A stretch of 51,099 nt of DNA from Anaerolineales bacterium. GTDB taxonomy: Bacteria > Chloroflexota > Anaerolineae > Anaerolineales > Villigracilaceae. The stretch covers positions 1 through 51,099 of the forward strand of contig JAEURG010000237.1 of the NCBI GenBank assembly GCA_016789345.1. Reading direction: 5' to 3'. The notes beneath the pieces are model-generated. The model was not told the origin of the DNA, did no database searches, and was given only the letters and a program-made list of their open reading frames with translations. Made by a program: the position numbers and the translations under genes. This document shows positions 26,504 through 36,579 of the stretch, piece after piece; positions within the stretch are counted from its first letter, which is position 1, and every line of letters starts with the position of its first letter.

Positions 26504-27219
26504 TGCCTGCCCGTTTGGTGATTCAAAAAGATAAAACTGCCATTTACGAGTTATTGGGTTCAGGTGACGAACAACGCATAGAGTCAATGCTTGGGCTATA
26601 TCAAAGCCTGTTTCCGCAGTACCAGCATTACGTCCAGAGAATGAGGCGCAGAGTTCAATATCCAAATGAGCATCGAGAAAATAATATCGTTCATTATTGG
26701 CTAATCGAAATTGATGGCAAACCTGTAGGGTTAAGAACATTTCGTTATGTGCGTCATCGCCATTGTGGGCTGGCTCATGCTTTAGCCATTCATCCAGATT
26801 TTCGTGAAGTGCTTATTGATGATAAAAAATTATCTGTCTTTATCATTTATGAATGTTTGCATCAAATCATTCGTGATGCTAAAGAAAACGGCGACCTGCC
26901 AGTCTTGGGCATGGTCAATGAAGTGGAAACCAGCCGACTGATGGAGCATTACGAACGTAACGGTCTGATACAATTGCCGTTAAAATATGTAGAACCGATT
27001 TTTTCATCAGAATCACTTGGCAAAAGCCGTGAAGAAGAATTAGCAATGATAAAATTTTCTCCAATGCACATGGGTTTTCTGCCCAACCCCGAGATTAAGA
27101 TTGAAAAATACACCAAAGCAATGATTACTGATTTTGTTCTGGCATTTTTAGTAGACCATTATGGCTTGCCAGAGACCCATCCTGTAGTTCTTGAGACACT
27201 TAATTCTATAAAAATATAG
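26503..27219 (+). CDS. GNAT-like protein
   Basis: WLIEIDGKPVG...LAIHPDFR motif A-like, HYERNG motif B-like; TAATG coupling to the upstream gene. Confidence 0.65.
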   Translation: MPARLVIQKDKTAIYELLGSGDEQRIESMLGLYQSLFPQYQHYVQRMRRRVQYPNEHRENNIVHYWLIEIDGKPVGLRTFRYVRHRHCGLAHALAIHPDFREVLIDDKKLSVFIIYECLHQIIRDAKENGDLPVLGMVNEVETSRLMEHYERNGLIQLPLKYVEPIFSSESLGKSREEELAMIKFSPMHMGFLPNPEIKIEKYTKAMITDFVLAFLVDHYGLPETHPVVLETLNSIKI

Positions 27220-27227
27220 GTGAACCC

Positions 27228-28340
27228 ATGAGTGAACAAACACAACCCACGAAATCATCATCACGTTTTTTTAGTTTACGGCTAAAAATTTGGATTGGTT
27301 TTACATTAATTTTTATTCCAATTTTTATTGGCAGTTATGCTTGGTTTTATAACTATACAAGAGACCGCGTCTTCCAAACCATCACCGATGACTTAAGCCA
27401 AACTTTGCATGGTGCTTTAGCAGGTATAGATAGAGAAGGCTTTGTGCAATTGTATGCAGAAGAAAGCGCCAACAACCCAATGTGTCCGCCTGAAAAACCA
27501 ACAGCAGATACCCCACCAGAACAAAACGGATATTATCCCGATAATCCGTTATACCTCGAACATGTCAATTGGTTGCGGGCTGTGCAATTTACCCAATTAA
27601 AAGAAGACCCATTCGGTGACCCCACCAAAGAAAATACACGTCTTTATACTTACATTAAAGGACCCGACGAAGGTGAAGTCATTGCCATTGGAAGTACAGG
27701 CTATTTCCGCGAAACGCGCGGCGGTTTTCGTTTTTGTCAGAGATATACACCTGCATTAAATGAAGATGGCACACCTTCTACTCGAATTTATGACGGCTTA
27801 CAACAAAGAGTAGATTCTTGGGTGCCATATCAAGATAGATTTGGTACATGGATTACCTCCTACGCACCGATTCTGGATGAGAAAGGTCAACCCATTGGCG
27901 CAATTGGCGTTGATATTCAAGCCAGCTATGTAGATGAAGTTGCCGCTGAAATATTACAACAAGGGATGATTGCATTTGCAGTCACATTCGCAATTATATT
28001 TGTGCTTGTTTATTGGCTGGCAGGTTTTCTCACGCGCCCAATCATTGGTTTAGCAGGTGTTGCTAAGAAAATCGGTGAAGGCGATTACGAACAAGAACTA
28101 AGCAAACACGGTGGCAACTATCAAGACGAAATTGATACCCTCACCGACGTATTCAAAGTAATGGTTGATAAAGTGGCTCAACGTGAACAATCTTTGCGCG
28201 CACGTGTGCATCAATTGGAAATTATGATTGACAAATCCAAACTTACCAAACAAGTGACAGAAATTGTTGAAAGCGAATTTTTCCAAGATTTGCAATCAAA
28301 AGTCAAAGACATGCGCAACCGTTTCACAAAAGAAGATTAA
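27228..28340 (+). CDS. Membrane sensor: TM, Cache-like extracytoplasmic domain, TM, HAMP, short coiled coil; no catalytic output
   Basis: YQDRFGTWITSYAPI....GAIGVD Cache-like motif; RPI..L....KIGEGDY...DEI..L...F..M HAMP. Confidence 0.85.
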   Translation: MSEQTQPTKSSSRFFSLRLKIWIGFTLIFIPIFIGSYAWFYNYTRDRVFQTITDDLSQTLHGALAGIDREGFVQLYAEESANNPMCPPEKPTADTPPEQNGYYPDNPLYLEHVNWLRAVQFTQLKEDPFGDPTKENTRLYTYIKGPDEGEVIAIGSTGYFRETRGGFRFCQRYTPALNEDGTPSTRIYDGLQQRVDSWVPYQDRFGTWITSYAPILDEKGQPIGAIGVDIQASYVDEVAAEILQQGMIAFAVTFAIIFVLVYWLAGFLTRPIIGLAGVAKKIGEGDYEQELSKHGGNYQDEIDTLTDVFKVMVDKVAQREQSLRARVHQLEIMIDKSKLTKQVTEIVESEFFQDLQSKVKDMRNRFTKED

Positions 28341-28343
28341 GAT

Positions 28344-28375
28344 AAAAAGTCCGTAACTTTAGTTACGGACTTTTT
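28344..28375. terminator. Bidirectional intrinsic terminator
   Basis: AAAAAGTCCGTAACT-TT-AGTTACGGACTTTTT between convergent genes. Confidence 0.88.
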
Positions 28376-28429
28376 CTGCGCTTCATACTTGACTGCTAGT
28401 TGATTCTGTTTCAACAATCATTATTTTAA

Positions 28430-29068
28430 CTACGGCTGAATCGGCTTGATAACTCCAACATCGGATGGTGCGCCACCAAACAAACTAATATCGCGGCAAG
28501 ATTGCTTATCTATTCTTAGCAATACAACTTCGTTTGATAATGCATCCACTTGAATAACCGTATCTTGGCGGTAGGTTGAATCTACAGTCAATTTTAGGAT
28601 GACTTGATGTTGGGCAGGTAAATTGCTTACACATACTTTTTTATCTGGGTGTTCGCGGTCTTCGTCAATGGCGCGTAAAAAACCACAAGCATTCGGCAAA
28701 TCTACTGTGCCAGTGTTCTTGAGGGTTACATAGGCATTTGTCACCTCGCCCATGCCGCGTAGAATATCTATGCTAGTATTACATCCGAGGATGACAATAT
28801 CTACCGACTGGATAGGGGCTAAGGTAAAGGTTGAGGTGGGCAAAGCAATTGTCGGCGTGAAGGAAGGAGGCGGGATCTGAGTTGGCGTTTCAGTCACCTG
28901 TGAGATGACTGTCAACGCAGGCGGTGGAATCACCAGTGGGGTGGCTGTCACAATGCTCGGCGTGGAGGATGGAATCGCCGTCCACACTGGGAAAGGCTGT
29001 GGGGCAACGCCCCATGTGTCACATGCAGTGAGGAAGAGTAGAAAAAGGAGTGAAAGGGTCTTTTTCAT
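28430..29068 (-). CDS. Lipoprotein with Pro/Thr-rich linker and Ig-like C-terminus
   Basis: LTAC lipobox; TP-rich stretch; TLKNTG pattern. Confidence 0.82.
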   Translation of the reverse strand: MKKTLSLLFLLFLTACDTWGVAPQPFPVWTAIPSSTPSIVTATPLVIPPPALTVISQVTETPTQIPPPSFTPTIALPTSTFTLAPIQSVDIVILGCNTSIDILRGMGEVTNAYVTLKNTGTVDLPNACGFLRAIDEDREHPDKKVCVSNLPAQHQVILKLTVDSTYRQDTVIQVDALSNEVVLLRIDKQSCRDISLFGGAPSDVGVIKPIQP

Positions 29069-29216
29069 TTTTTTATTATACCTCTGCTATTGGCTTTGAA
29101 GCACTTTTAGGAAAGAATTTGCTACTAAATTAAGAGTATTTTTGCAGGCTTTTGATTTATAATCAATATATTAATGAGTTGTTAATTTAGGATTATGTTT
29201 GTGTTGAGTTGATATT

Positions 29217-30080
29217 ATGAATGATTTAAGAATATCTATCACAATTTTGGTTTCTTACGTAATTGCCATTCTTGGTGTTGCGAATATTGATGAGTTTCAA
29301 GAGAGTTATATAGATTTTAGCCCCATTTTTTTTGTTTTAATTGCCATTGTCATATTTTCAGAGTTAATCCTTGTTAGTTTGTTAATTCGCTCTGGTGTTA
29401 AGTTACGTTACTATTCAGTGATAATTTTTTGGATAATCGTTTATGCTGTTGTATGGGCATTTTATTCAAGCTCACGGACGACCATTGAAGTTCATGTTAT
29501 TCAATTTCTTCTGCTTATTCTTTCTGCTATCCTTGCTTATGATGTAGGTAGGCGAATTGGTGAAATGGACAAAACTTTGGAGGGGTTGTCTTCTAGTGCA
29601 TACCCAAACCGCGCAAGGGATATGCAATCTTCGCGTGATTTGATTGCCGCTGAAATTACGCGAAGCCGCCGTTATCATCATCCATTGTCTTTGTTGACGA
29701 TTAAGTTAGAGAAACCTAAAGGAAAAGAGGGCTGGAGGGAGTTGGAGTCGTTGGCGAGTGATATGTATGAGCGGTTTGCCATTGCGAAAGTGAGCCAGAT
29801 ATTAAGTGATTTGGCTCGTAGTACCGATATTATTTTATATGACCGTGATGGCCAGTTTATTTTGCTTTGCCCAGAGACGAATCTCAATAATATTAGTATT
29901 CTTGCTGAAAGAATGGAGGCGGCTGTAGAAGAAAGCATTAATGCTAGGATTGATTGGGGCAGTGCTGCTTTCCCTGATGAGGCATTAACATTTGAGGATT
30001 TATTGCAGGCGGCACAAAAGCGCTTGGCTACCCCTGGAGTAAAAAAGATTTCTGATTTATCTACAAATGAGGAAGCATAG
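29217..30080 (+). CDS. Membrane protein with degenerate GGDEF domain (PelD-like receptor candidate)
   Basis: About 4 TM; EI.RSRRY..PLSLL, RSTD I-site, RDGQF in place of GGDEF, LCPET, G.A.FP. Confidence 0.8.
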   Translation: MNDLRISITILVSYVIAILGVANIDEFQESYIDFSPIFFVLIAIVIFSELILVSLLIRSGVKLRYYSVIIFWIIVYAVVWAFYSSSRTTIEVHVIQFLLLILSAILAYDVGRRIGEMDKTLEGLSSSAYPNRARDMQSSRDLIAAEITRSRRYHHPLSLLTIKLEKPKGKEGWRELESLASDMYERFAIAKVSQILSDLARSTDIILYDRDGQFILLCPETNLNNISILAERMEAAVEESINARIDWGSAAFPDEALTFEDLLQAAQKRLATPGVKKISDLSTNEEA

Positions 30081-30081
30081 T

Positions 30082-30771
30082 ATGAGTGTTACAACTTCAC
30101 GCAGAATTGTAGAAGAAGATTGGGTAAAAAAATTTAACCCCAATAAGCGTTTGGTAACAGGTAAATCTTACTTAATTGCTAAACGCATTTATGACCTTGC
30201 ATTTGTAATTTTGCTTTCACCTTTTTGGGTGCCAGTAATGTTGTTGATATCTTGTTTGATATGGGTTACTTCACCGGGTGCACCTGTTATTTTTATTCAA
30301 AACCGAACTGGGAAAGGCGGGAAGCGTTTTCGAATGTTAAAATTCCGCTCTATGGTTCCGAATGCTGAGGCATTAAAAGGTACACTTGCTCAATTGAATG
30401 AACGCGGTGAATTATCTGGTCCCCTAAAACTTGCGCATGACCCACGTATTACTAAAATTGGAAGAATTCTTCGTAAAACCAGCCTTGATGAGTTGCCACA
30501 AGTACTCAACATTCTTAAGGGTGAGATGAGTTTGGTAGGACCGCGCCCAACTTCATGGAGTCCGGAATCGTACAAACTTTGGCAAACAGAACGTTTGGAT
30601 GTATTACCCGGTATTACAGGCCTATGGCAAGTTTGTGGTCGTGGAAGCGAAGATTTTAACGATTGGTTGAGGTGGGATATTCGGTATCTTGAGAAAAGGT
30701 CTTTATGGTTTGATACATTGATTTTGATTAAAACGGCACAGACGGTTTTAAAACAACGTGGAGCTCGTTAG
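30082..30771 (+). CDS. Priming sugar transferase (Bac_transf phosphoglycosyltransferase)
   Basis: KFRSM, DPRIT.IG..LRKTSLDELPQ, MSLVGPRP, PGITGLWQV. Confidence 0.95.
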   Translation: MSVTTSRRIVEEDWVKKFNPNKRLVTGKSYLIAKRIYDLAFVILLSPFWVPVMLLISCLIWVTSPGAPVIFIQNRTGKGGKRFRMLKFRSMVPNAEALKGTLAQLNERGELSGPLKLAHDPRITKIGRILRKTSLDELPQVLNILKGEMSLVGPRPTSWSPESYKLWQTERLDVLPGITGLWQVCGRGSEDFNDWLRWDIRYLEKRSLWFDTLILIKTAQTVLKQRGAR

Positions 30772-30845
30772 TAAGAAATCAATAAAAAGTTTTTCTGGTT
30801 TTATATCTAAGCATATTTTTTAAATGATAACTATAGAAAAATAAA

Positions 30846-32288
30846 ATGGTATTAAAAAAAGACTATCCCTATATCCTTATTGCGGTTGTGACATCTGCCC
30901 TCGCTGCCACAGCTGTATTTGACCCTGGAGATTCTTTGGGTACTTTTGCATTGATAGGGTTAATAGGAATTGGGGTAGTCATGACAATTATCATTAATCC
31001 GAGCCTTGGTGCCAATGTTCTTATCATCGCAATTTTTTCTAATATATCTGCCTATCTAACTGATAATGGGATGCCAGGGATAATTAAGCCATTGGTTGCG
31101 GTTGTGTTTGGTTCAATAGTGGTTAGAAATTATTATATTGGTCAAATCCCCATGAATCGCCCCAAGACGAGACGAATTGAGATATTCTTAATACTTTACC
31201 TTATAGCAGTATCTGCTTCTTACCTAACCGCTACCGATAAAGACCTCACTATGGAAAGAATCGTTGATTTAGTCAAAGATATTGTGATTATGTATTGTAT
31301 TTTATTCTGCCTAAGAAGCTTTAAGGAATGGAAAAATGCAATTACAATAATTATTGCTTTAATTGTCGGCTTATGCCTTTTTGGCGTATACCAAATGGCT
31401 ACTGGAGATTTTGAACAGGATTTCTTTGGGCTTTCTTACGTAGATGTTGATGACCGTTTGAGTGGACCAATTAATGAACCAAACATGTGGGGGCAGGTCA
31501 TTGTGTTTGTCTTGCCATTTGTAATCTTTGGGTTTTTACGCAGTGATGTCAAGGGGAAATTTGTATATGCCATTGTATTCGCTTTGTTGATTTTTGAATT
31601 ACTTAATACATATAGCCGTGGTGGGTACTTGGCATTTTTTGTGATTATATTCTTAATCATGTTCTTTTTTACAAGAATTAACTTTTTGCTTATTGGAACA
31701 GTTGTCGGACTTTTGATTCTTGCTTTACCCTTTGTCCCTCCTGCGTATGCAGAAAGGTTTCAAACCTTAACAATTTTTACTTCTAACCCGCAAACAGGTA
31801 TTTATGAAGAAGGCTCATTCCGTGGCCGTACAAGCGAAATCATGGCAGGTTTTGAAATGTTTTCTGACCATCCTATTGTAGGAATTGGTGCCGCGAATTA
31901 TGCGCTCAACTATCAAAAGTATGCTCAAATTATCGGCATTGAAACGCGAACAGAACAACGAGAGGCGCATTCATTATATGTGGAAATCATGGCTGAAACA
32001 GGCATTTTGGGCATTATTTCATTTTCGGGATTTTTGTTGGCCTTATTTCGCGGCTTATCAAATATAAAGTCAAATTTGATGCGGACTCGCTACTACGCTG
32101 AAGCCTCAACATATATTTCTGCTGTACAAGTATCATTAATTTCATATTTATTCGCCTCTTTGTTTTTGCATGGGGCTTTTCTCAGATTCTTTTGGATACT
32201 TTCTGCTTTGGCAATGGCATTAATACAAATTTTGCATGAGCTGATAAATGAGCAAGGCGATAGTAATAAAAGGGAGGCACTCGTTTGA
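30846..32288 (+). CDS. O-antigen ligase/Wzy polymerase family protein
   Basis: Many TM; R.SG...EPN, TYSRGG, HP.VGIG..NY, AHSLY.E..AE.G..G. Confidence 0.88.
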   Translation: MVLKKDYPYILIAVVTSALAATAVFDPGDSLGTFALIGLIGIGVVMTIIINPSLGANVLIIAIFSNISAYLTDNGMPGIIKPLVAVVFGSIVVRNYYIGQIPMNRPKTRRIEIFLILYLIAVSASYLTATDKDLTMERIVDLVKDIVIMYCILFCLRSFKEWKNAITIIIALIVGLCLFGVYQMATGDFEQDFFGLSYVDVDDRLSGPINEPNMWGQVIVFVLPFVIFGFLRSDVKGKFVYAIVFALLIFELLNTYSRGGYLAFFVIIFLIMFFFTRINFLLIGTVVGLLILALPFVPPAYAERFQTLTIFTSNPQTGIYEEGSFRGRTSEIMAGFEMFSDHPIVGIGAANYALNYQKYAQIIGIETRTEQREAHSLYVEIMAETGILGIISFSGFLLALFRGLSNIKSNLMRTRYYAEASTYISAVQVSLISYLFASLFLHGAFLRFFWILSALAMALIQILHELINEQGDSNKREALV

Positions 32289-33766
32289 CCTCTCCTGCAG
32301 AATCGGAAAAAAATGAGCAAAGCGGAAAAAATTTAGTTCAAAAAGCGGGTAGAGGGATATTATGGAATTTTTTAACATTTGCTTTAGGAAAAGTAAGCGT
32401 CCTTGTAACAACTGCAATTCTTGCTAGGTTACTTACCAAAAATGATTTTGGTTTAGTTTCTGTGGCAGTGATTGCAGTTAATTATCTTTCAGTAGTCAAA
32501 GACTTAGGGCTAGGTGTTGCACTGATACAAAGGCGTGAAGATATTACCCGTTCTAGTAATACAGTTTTTACTATAAACTTAATACTAGGGATATTCTTAA
32601 CAGGGCTTTCTTTTGTTATTGCGCCTTGGTTTTCTACAATTTTCAATGAGCCTGAAGTAACACCAGTGCTTCGTTGGTTAGGGTTATCATTTGTAATCAA
32701 TGCTTTAGGGTCTGTCCACTCTGCTTGGCTGATGCGTGAAATGGATTATCGCCGTAAATTTATTCCAGATATGGGGAACTCACTTATAAAAACTATTGCC
32801 TCCATCGCCCTAGCATTTAGTGGTGCAGGCGTTTGGGCATTGGTACTTGGACAATTAATCGGCTCAATTGCGTCAGTTGTATTATATTGGATAATTACCC
32901 CATGGAAACCACAACTTGTTATTCATACAGATATAGTGAGGGGTTTATTGAACTTTGGTTCTGCCGTCACTATTGGTGATATTCTAAGTGTTATTATTGA
33001 TAACCTCGATTATATCATTGTCGGAAGATTATTTGGTGTTGAACAACTTAGTAATTATCAATTGGCATTTCGTCTCCCTGAAGTATTGTTAATAGGGAAC
33101 TTATGGGTAATGGCTGGTGTAACGTACCCTGCATTTTCTTCTATTCAAAATAATATGGATGATATACGCCGCGCCTTCTTGATGTCAATCCGCCTCATTC
33201 AACTTCTTACATTACCGATTGCTCTCGGGTTATTTCTAGCTGCTGACCCAATCGTCCGCGTTGTTTTTGGGCCAAAGTGGCTAGAAGTAATCCCTATCCT
33301 GCGGGTGTTATCTATTTATGCGCTTATTTACTCTTTTTCATATCATGTTGGAGATATCTACAAAGCCACAGGTAGACCACATCTCTTAGTTTGGCTTGCA
33401 ATTGCACACCTAATAGTCCTTGCCCCAGCCATGTTAATTGGTGCTTACTATTTTGGACCAATCGGCGTTGCTTACGGGCATGTTATTGCAATTATATTCA
33501 AACGTGTTTTAGGTCTAGTAATTGCCATGCGTTTTGTGAAAGTTACACCAGTAGAAATTTTGACTCAATATCGCCCATCCCTTAGTGGTTCATTACTGAT
33601 GGTTCCATGTGTGTTACTTGTAACGTTTTTTGTAAAAGATTTAGACCCATTTTTGCAATTGCCTCTTATCGTTGTAGTGGGAGCATTGGCGTACTTGGTA
33701 GTACTATGGAAAATGGAACGAGAAAACCTGACACGTCTCTTAAAGAAAATATTTGTTAGAAACTAA
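32285..33766 (+). CDS. Wzx-type polysaccharide flippase (WzxC-like)
   Basis: LARLL...DFG, DLGLG.ALIQ, G.GVWALV, VFGPKW. Confidence 0.92.
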   Translation: MTSPAESEKNEQSGKNLVQKAGRGILWNFLTFALGKVSVLVTTAILARLLTKNDFGLVSVAVIAVNYLSVVKDLGLGVALIQRREDITRSSNTVFTINLILGIFLTGLSFVIAPWFSTIFNEPEVTPVLRWLGLSFVINALGSVHSAWLMREMDYRRKFIPDMGNSLIKTIASIALAFSGAGVWALVLGQLIGSIASVVLYWIITPWKPQLVIHTDIVRGLLNFGSAVTIGDILSVIIDNLDYIIVGRLFGVEQLSNYQLAFRLPEVLLIGNLWVMAGVTYPAFSSIQNNMDDIRRAFLMSIRLIQLLTLPIALGLFLAADPIVRVVFGPKWLEVIPILRVLSIYALIYSFSYHVGDIYKATGRPHLLVWLAIAHLIVLAPAMLIGAYYFGPIGVAYGHVIAIIFKRVLGLVIAMRFVKVTPVEILTQYRPSLSGSLLMVPCVLLVTFFVKDLDPFLQLPLIVVVGALAYLVVLWKMERENLTRLLKKIFVRN

Positions 33767-33772
33767 CCTCAC

Positions 33773-34930
33773 ATGCAACCAACGAATAATAATACACATA
33801 ATATTGTATACATGATTGATGGATTAGGTTGGGGAGGAGCAGAGCGACTAATGATACCTATCTTATCAAATATCAATAAGAAAAAATTTAATGTGCGTGT
33901 ATGTGTTTTGCAAAATAAAGACGGAAATCCCGTAGCAAACGAATTGCGAGAAATTGGCATAAACGTAGATATGCTCTCAGTCCGCCATTTAAGAGACCTA
34001 ACAGCAATTCCTAGGATAAAGAGTTACCTTCAGCGCGTAAAAACAGACCTTCTTCATGCCCAATTAGAATTTGCTACAGTATTAGGCGGGTTGGCAGCAA
34101 AGTCACTGCATATTCCCTCCGTAGTAACATTACACACCATCCCCGAAAATGAAGAGGGATTAAAATCAAATATTCACTTAATACTTGAAAATTTTATTTT
34201 ACGAAATTTTATTGATCGCGTCGTATCTGTATCTGAAGAAACCCAACGTTTTTATTTACGTACTGCTAAGCTATCAAATAAAAAGTCTTGTGTGATTTAT
34301 AATGGGATTGATGTAAACAAATATTCTGTTAATGCGTCAGACCATTCACAAGTATTAAAAGAATTTGATATTCCGCCTACGGCTGTGGTTTTAACTACGG
34401 TAGCAGTATTGCGTGAACCAAAAGGAATTCAATACATGATTCAGGCAATGCCTGCTCTTGTAAATGCCAACCCTCAAATTTATTACCTTATTGTTGGTGG
34501 TGGTGAGTATTTTGAATCTTTACAAAATGAAGTAAAAAATCTTGGTGTTGATAAAAATGTCAGGTTTGCGGGTGCCCGTAAAGACATTCCATCAATTTTA
34601 TCTGCTAGCGATTTGTTTGTTTTGCCAACTCTAACGGAGGCACTTCCTACTGTTTTAGCAGAAGCAATGGCAGCAAATTTGCCGATTGTAGCAAGCCGTG
34701 TTGGTGGTGTGCCAGAAATGATTCAAGATGGTATAAATGGAAAGTTAATTGAACCTGCTAACCCGGAAATTCTTGCGGCGGTTTGTCTTGAAATGCTAAA
34801 TGACAGACAATCTTTACGTCAAATGGGAATTGCGGGTGGAAAAATCGCAGAAGAAAAATTTAATATAAAATCACAAGTACAACAATTGCAAGATTTATAC
34901 AATCAATTAATGCTACAAAAAACTTATTAA
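33773..34930 (+). CDS. Glycosyltransferase family 4
   Basis: GGAER, IYNGID, EALP.VLAEAMA (EX7E). Confidence 0.93.
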   Translation: MQPTNNNTHNIVYMIDGLGWGGAERLMIPILSNINKKKFNVRVCVLQNKDGNPVANELREIGINVDMLSVRHLRDLTAIPRIKSYLQRVKTDLLHAQLEFATVLGGLAAKSLHIPSVVTLHTIPENEEGLKSNIHLILENFILRNFIDRVVSVSEETQRFYLRTAKLSNKKSCVIYNGIDVNKYSVNASDHSQVLKEFDIPPTAVVLTTVAVLREPKGIQYMIQAMPALVNANPQIYYLIVGGGEYFESLQNEVKNLGVDKNVRFAGARKDIPSILSASDLFVLPTLTEALPTVLAEAMAANLPIVASRVGGVPEMIQDGINGKLIEPANPEILAAVCLEMLNDRQSLRQMGIAGGKIAEEKFNIKSQVQQLQDLYNQLMLQKTY

Positions 34931-35541
34931 TGAATTCAGCTAACCAATTTTCTGACGCTAAATCTTTTAGATATTCTCTTGACTGGAGATTTTTTTTGCC
35001 TATTTCTGAAAAAAGTAGAATGTTATATATTGGCGAAAGCGGTGAAGAAATACAAGCATTTTTTCAGAGATTAAACATTAATTATGTTTCATATTTAGAA
35101 AATGATATTGTAGATAAAATTCGTTCACTTTCCGCTTCATCTTCTACTTTTGATATTGTTTCAATTCCCTACACTGTTTTTTCTCATTCTACATATCCTG
35201 AGGTAAAAAAAATATTACGACCTGGTGGTAGTTTATTACTGGGCTTTTCTAATCTCTATCGTTCAAAAAATGAAAACGCAATTTCTCTCATTAAATTAAA
35301 ATCACTTTTAATGAAAGCGGGCTTTTCACAAATAAAATATTACGGTGTCTTCCCTGACCAATATGCACCTGAATATATATTTCCGTTAAAGTTACAGGCT
35401 ACTAAATTTGCATTACGCCACCGTTATCAGTATCGCATGAAATCTTGGCTGTTACAAACACTCTCTTTTTCCGTGTTTCTTTTTGCCTTATCCTATTTTT
35501 TGCCTGCTTATTACGTAGTGGTTAAAAATGATAATGTTTAG
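34930..35541 (+). CDS. Degenerate class I methyltransferase-like protein
   Basis: FDIV...KILRPGGSLLLG..N, L.KAGF pattern; SAM motif I eroded (LYIGESG). Confidence 0.55.
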   Translation: MNSANQFSDAKSFRYSLDWRFFLPISEKSRMLYIGESGEEIQAFFQRLNINYVSYLENDIVDKIRSLSASSSTFDIVSIPYTVFSHSTYPEVKKILRPGGSLLLGFSNLYRSKNENAISLIKLKSLLMKAGFSQIKYYGVFPDQYAPEYIFPLKLQATKFALRHRYQYRMKSWLLQTLSFSVFLFALSYFLPAYYVVVKNDNV

Positions 35542-35547
35542 AAGGGT

Positions 35548-36570
35548 ATGATGTTAGATTTTATTCAAAACCTTAATCTGCTAATATCTAATCTTTCATA
35601 TCATGGAAGAAACCCTATTGACTGGGTTTTACTTTCTAATGGATTGACCGAGTTCGATGAGAACATTATATTTTTTGGGTTTGACAAAGCCAGTTCAATT
35701 CCAATCTTTGTTGCAAAAGTTCCCCGCTTGCCAAGAAATATTGCAGTCATACAAACAGAACACCAGCGCCTAAGCGAAATTTGGGACAGGCTTGGTGAGG
35801 AGAAAGCGCAATTTGTAATTCCGCGGCCGATTTCCCTTTCTAAAATTCAAAACCAACCTATTTTAGTGACTACTTATGTAAATGGTGAAAGTCTTGTCCG
35901 TTTGCGCATCACAAACGACCCGAAAAAATTTCTTGAATTTTCATTGAAAGCCGCAAAAACTTTGCGATATGTTCTTGATAAAACAATTACTCAATTACAG
36001 CCTAACGAATTAATACAATCTAATTTTTTTCGAAAAGTTGAAAAATTTAAGCAAATGTATCCTTTAAAGACTTTAGAAATTAAAGCAGTAGATGAATTAC
36101 GAAGCGAAATAGAGTCTACTGAAACACAAGCATCGCATCGCATCTTAATTCATGGGGATTATTGGCATGGCAATATTATCCTTGAGCCGAAGTTTGGAAA
36201 TTATATGCTGGTAGATTGGCAATATTCATGCTGGACAAATGATGCCAGTCAAGATGTCTATTTGTTTTTATTGGCTGGTTCGCTTGCTACCATCCCTAAT
36301 GCAGAAGACCCACAACTACGCGCTAAAAAAGCGTCTCAAGCGTTGGTGGATTGGAAAGAAATTATTAAGGCTTATTTATCTGAGTTTGGTACCTCTAATA
36401 GTTATAATTTGTTATCTTTGCGTTCAGGCATGTTGATGTGCTGTATTGACAAAGGCGTTCGTGCAAGTTTGGAACTTGGCTTTGACCGTGAAGAGGATTT
36501 GGTTTGGTTTTATTTTTTTCGCGAATTATTAAATTTATTTGATAACCATAAACTAGATACTGAAAGTTGA
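35548..36570 (+). CDS. APH/choline-kinase-like phosphotransferase
   Basis: VAKVPR, Brenner motif HGDYWHGNI, VDW. Confidence 0.82.
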   Translation: MMLDFIQNLNLLISNLSYHGRNPIDWVLLSNGLTEFDENIIFFGFDKASSIPIFVAKVPRLPRNIAVIQTEHQRLSEIWDRLGEEKAQFVIPRPISLSKIQNQPILVTTYVNGESLVRLRITNDPKKFLEFSLKAAKTLRYVLDKTITQLQPNELIQSNFFRKVEKFKQMYPLKTLEIKAVDELRSEIESTETQASHRILIHGDYWHGNIILEPKFGNYMLVDWQYSCWTNDASQDVYLFLLAGSLATIPNAEDPQLRAKKASQALVDWKEIIKAYLSEFGTSNSYNLLSLRSGMLMCCIDKGVRASLELGFDREEDLVWFYFFRELLNLFDNHKLDTES

Positions 36571-36579
36571 TTTAGCGGC

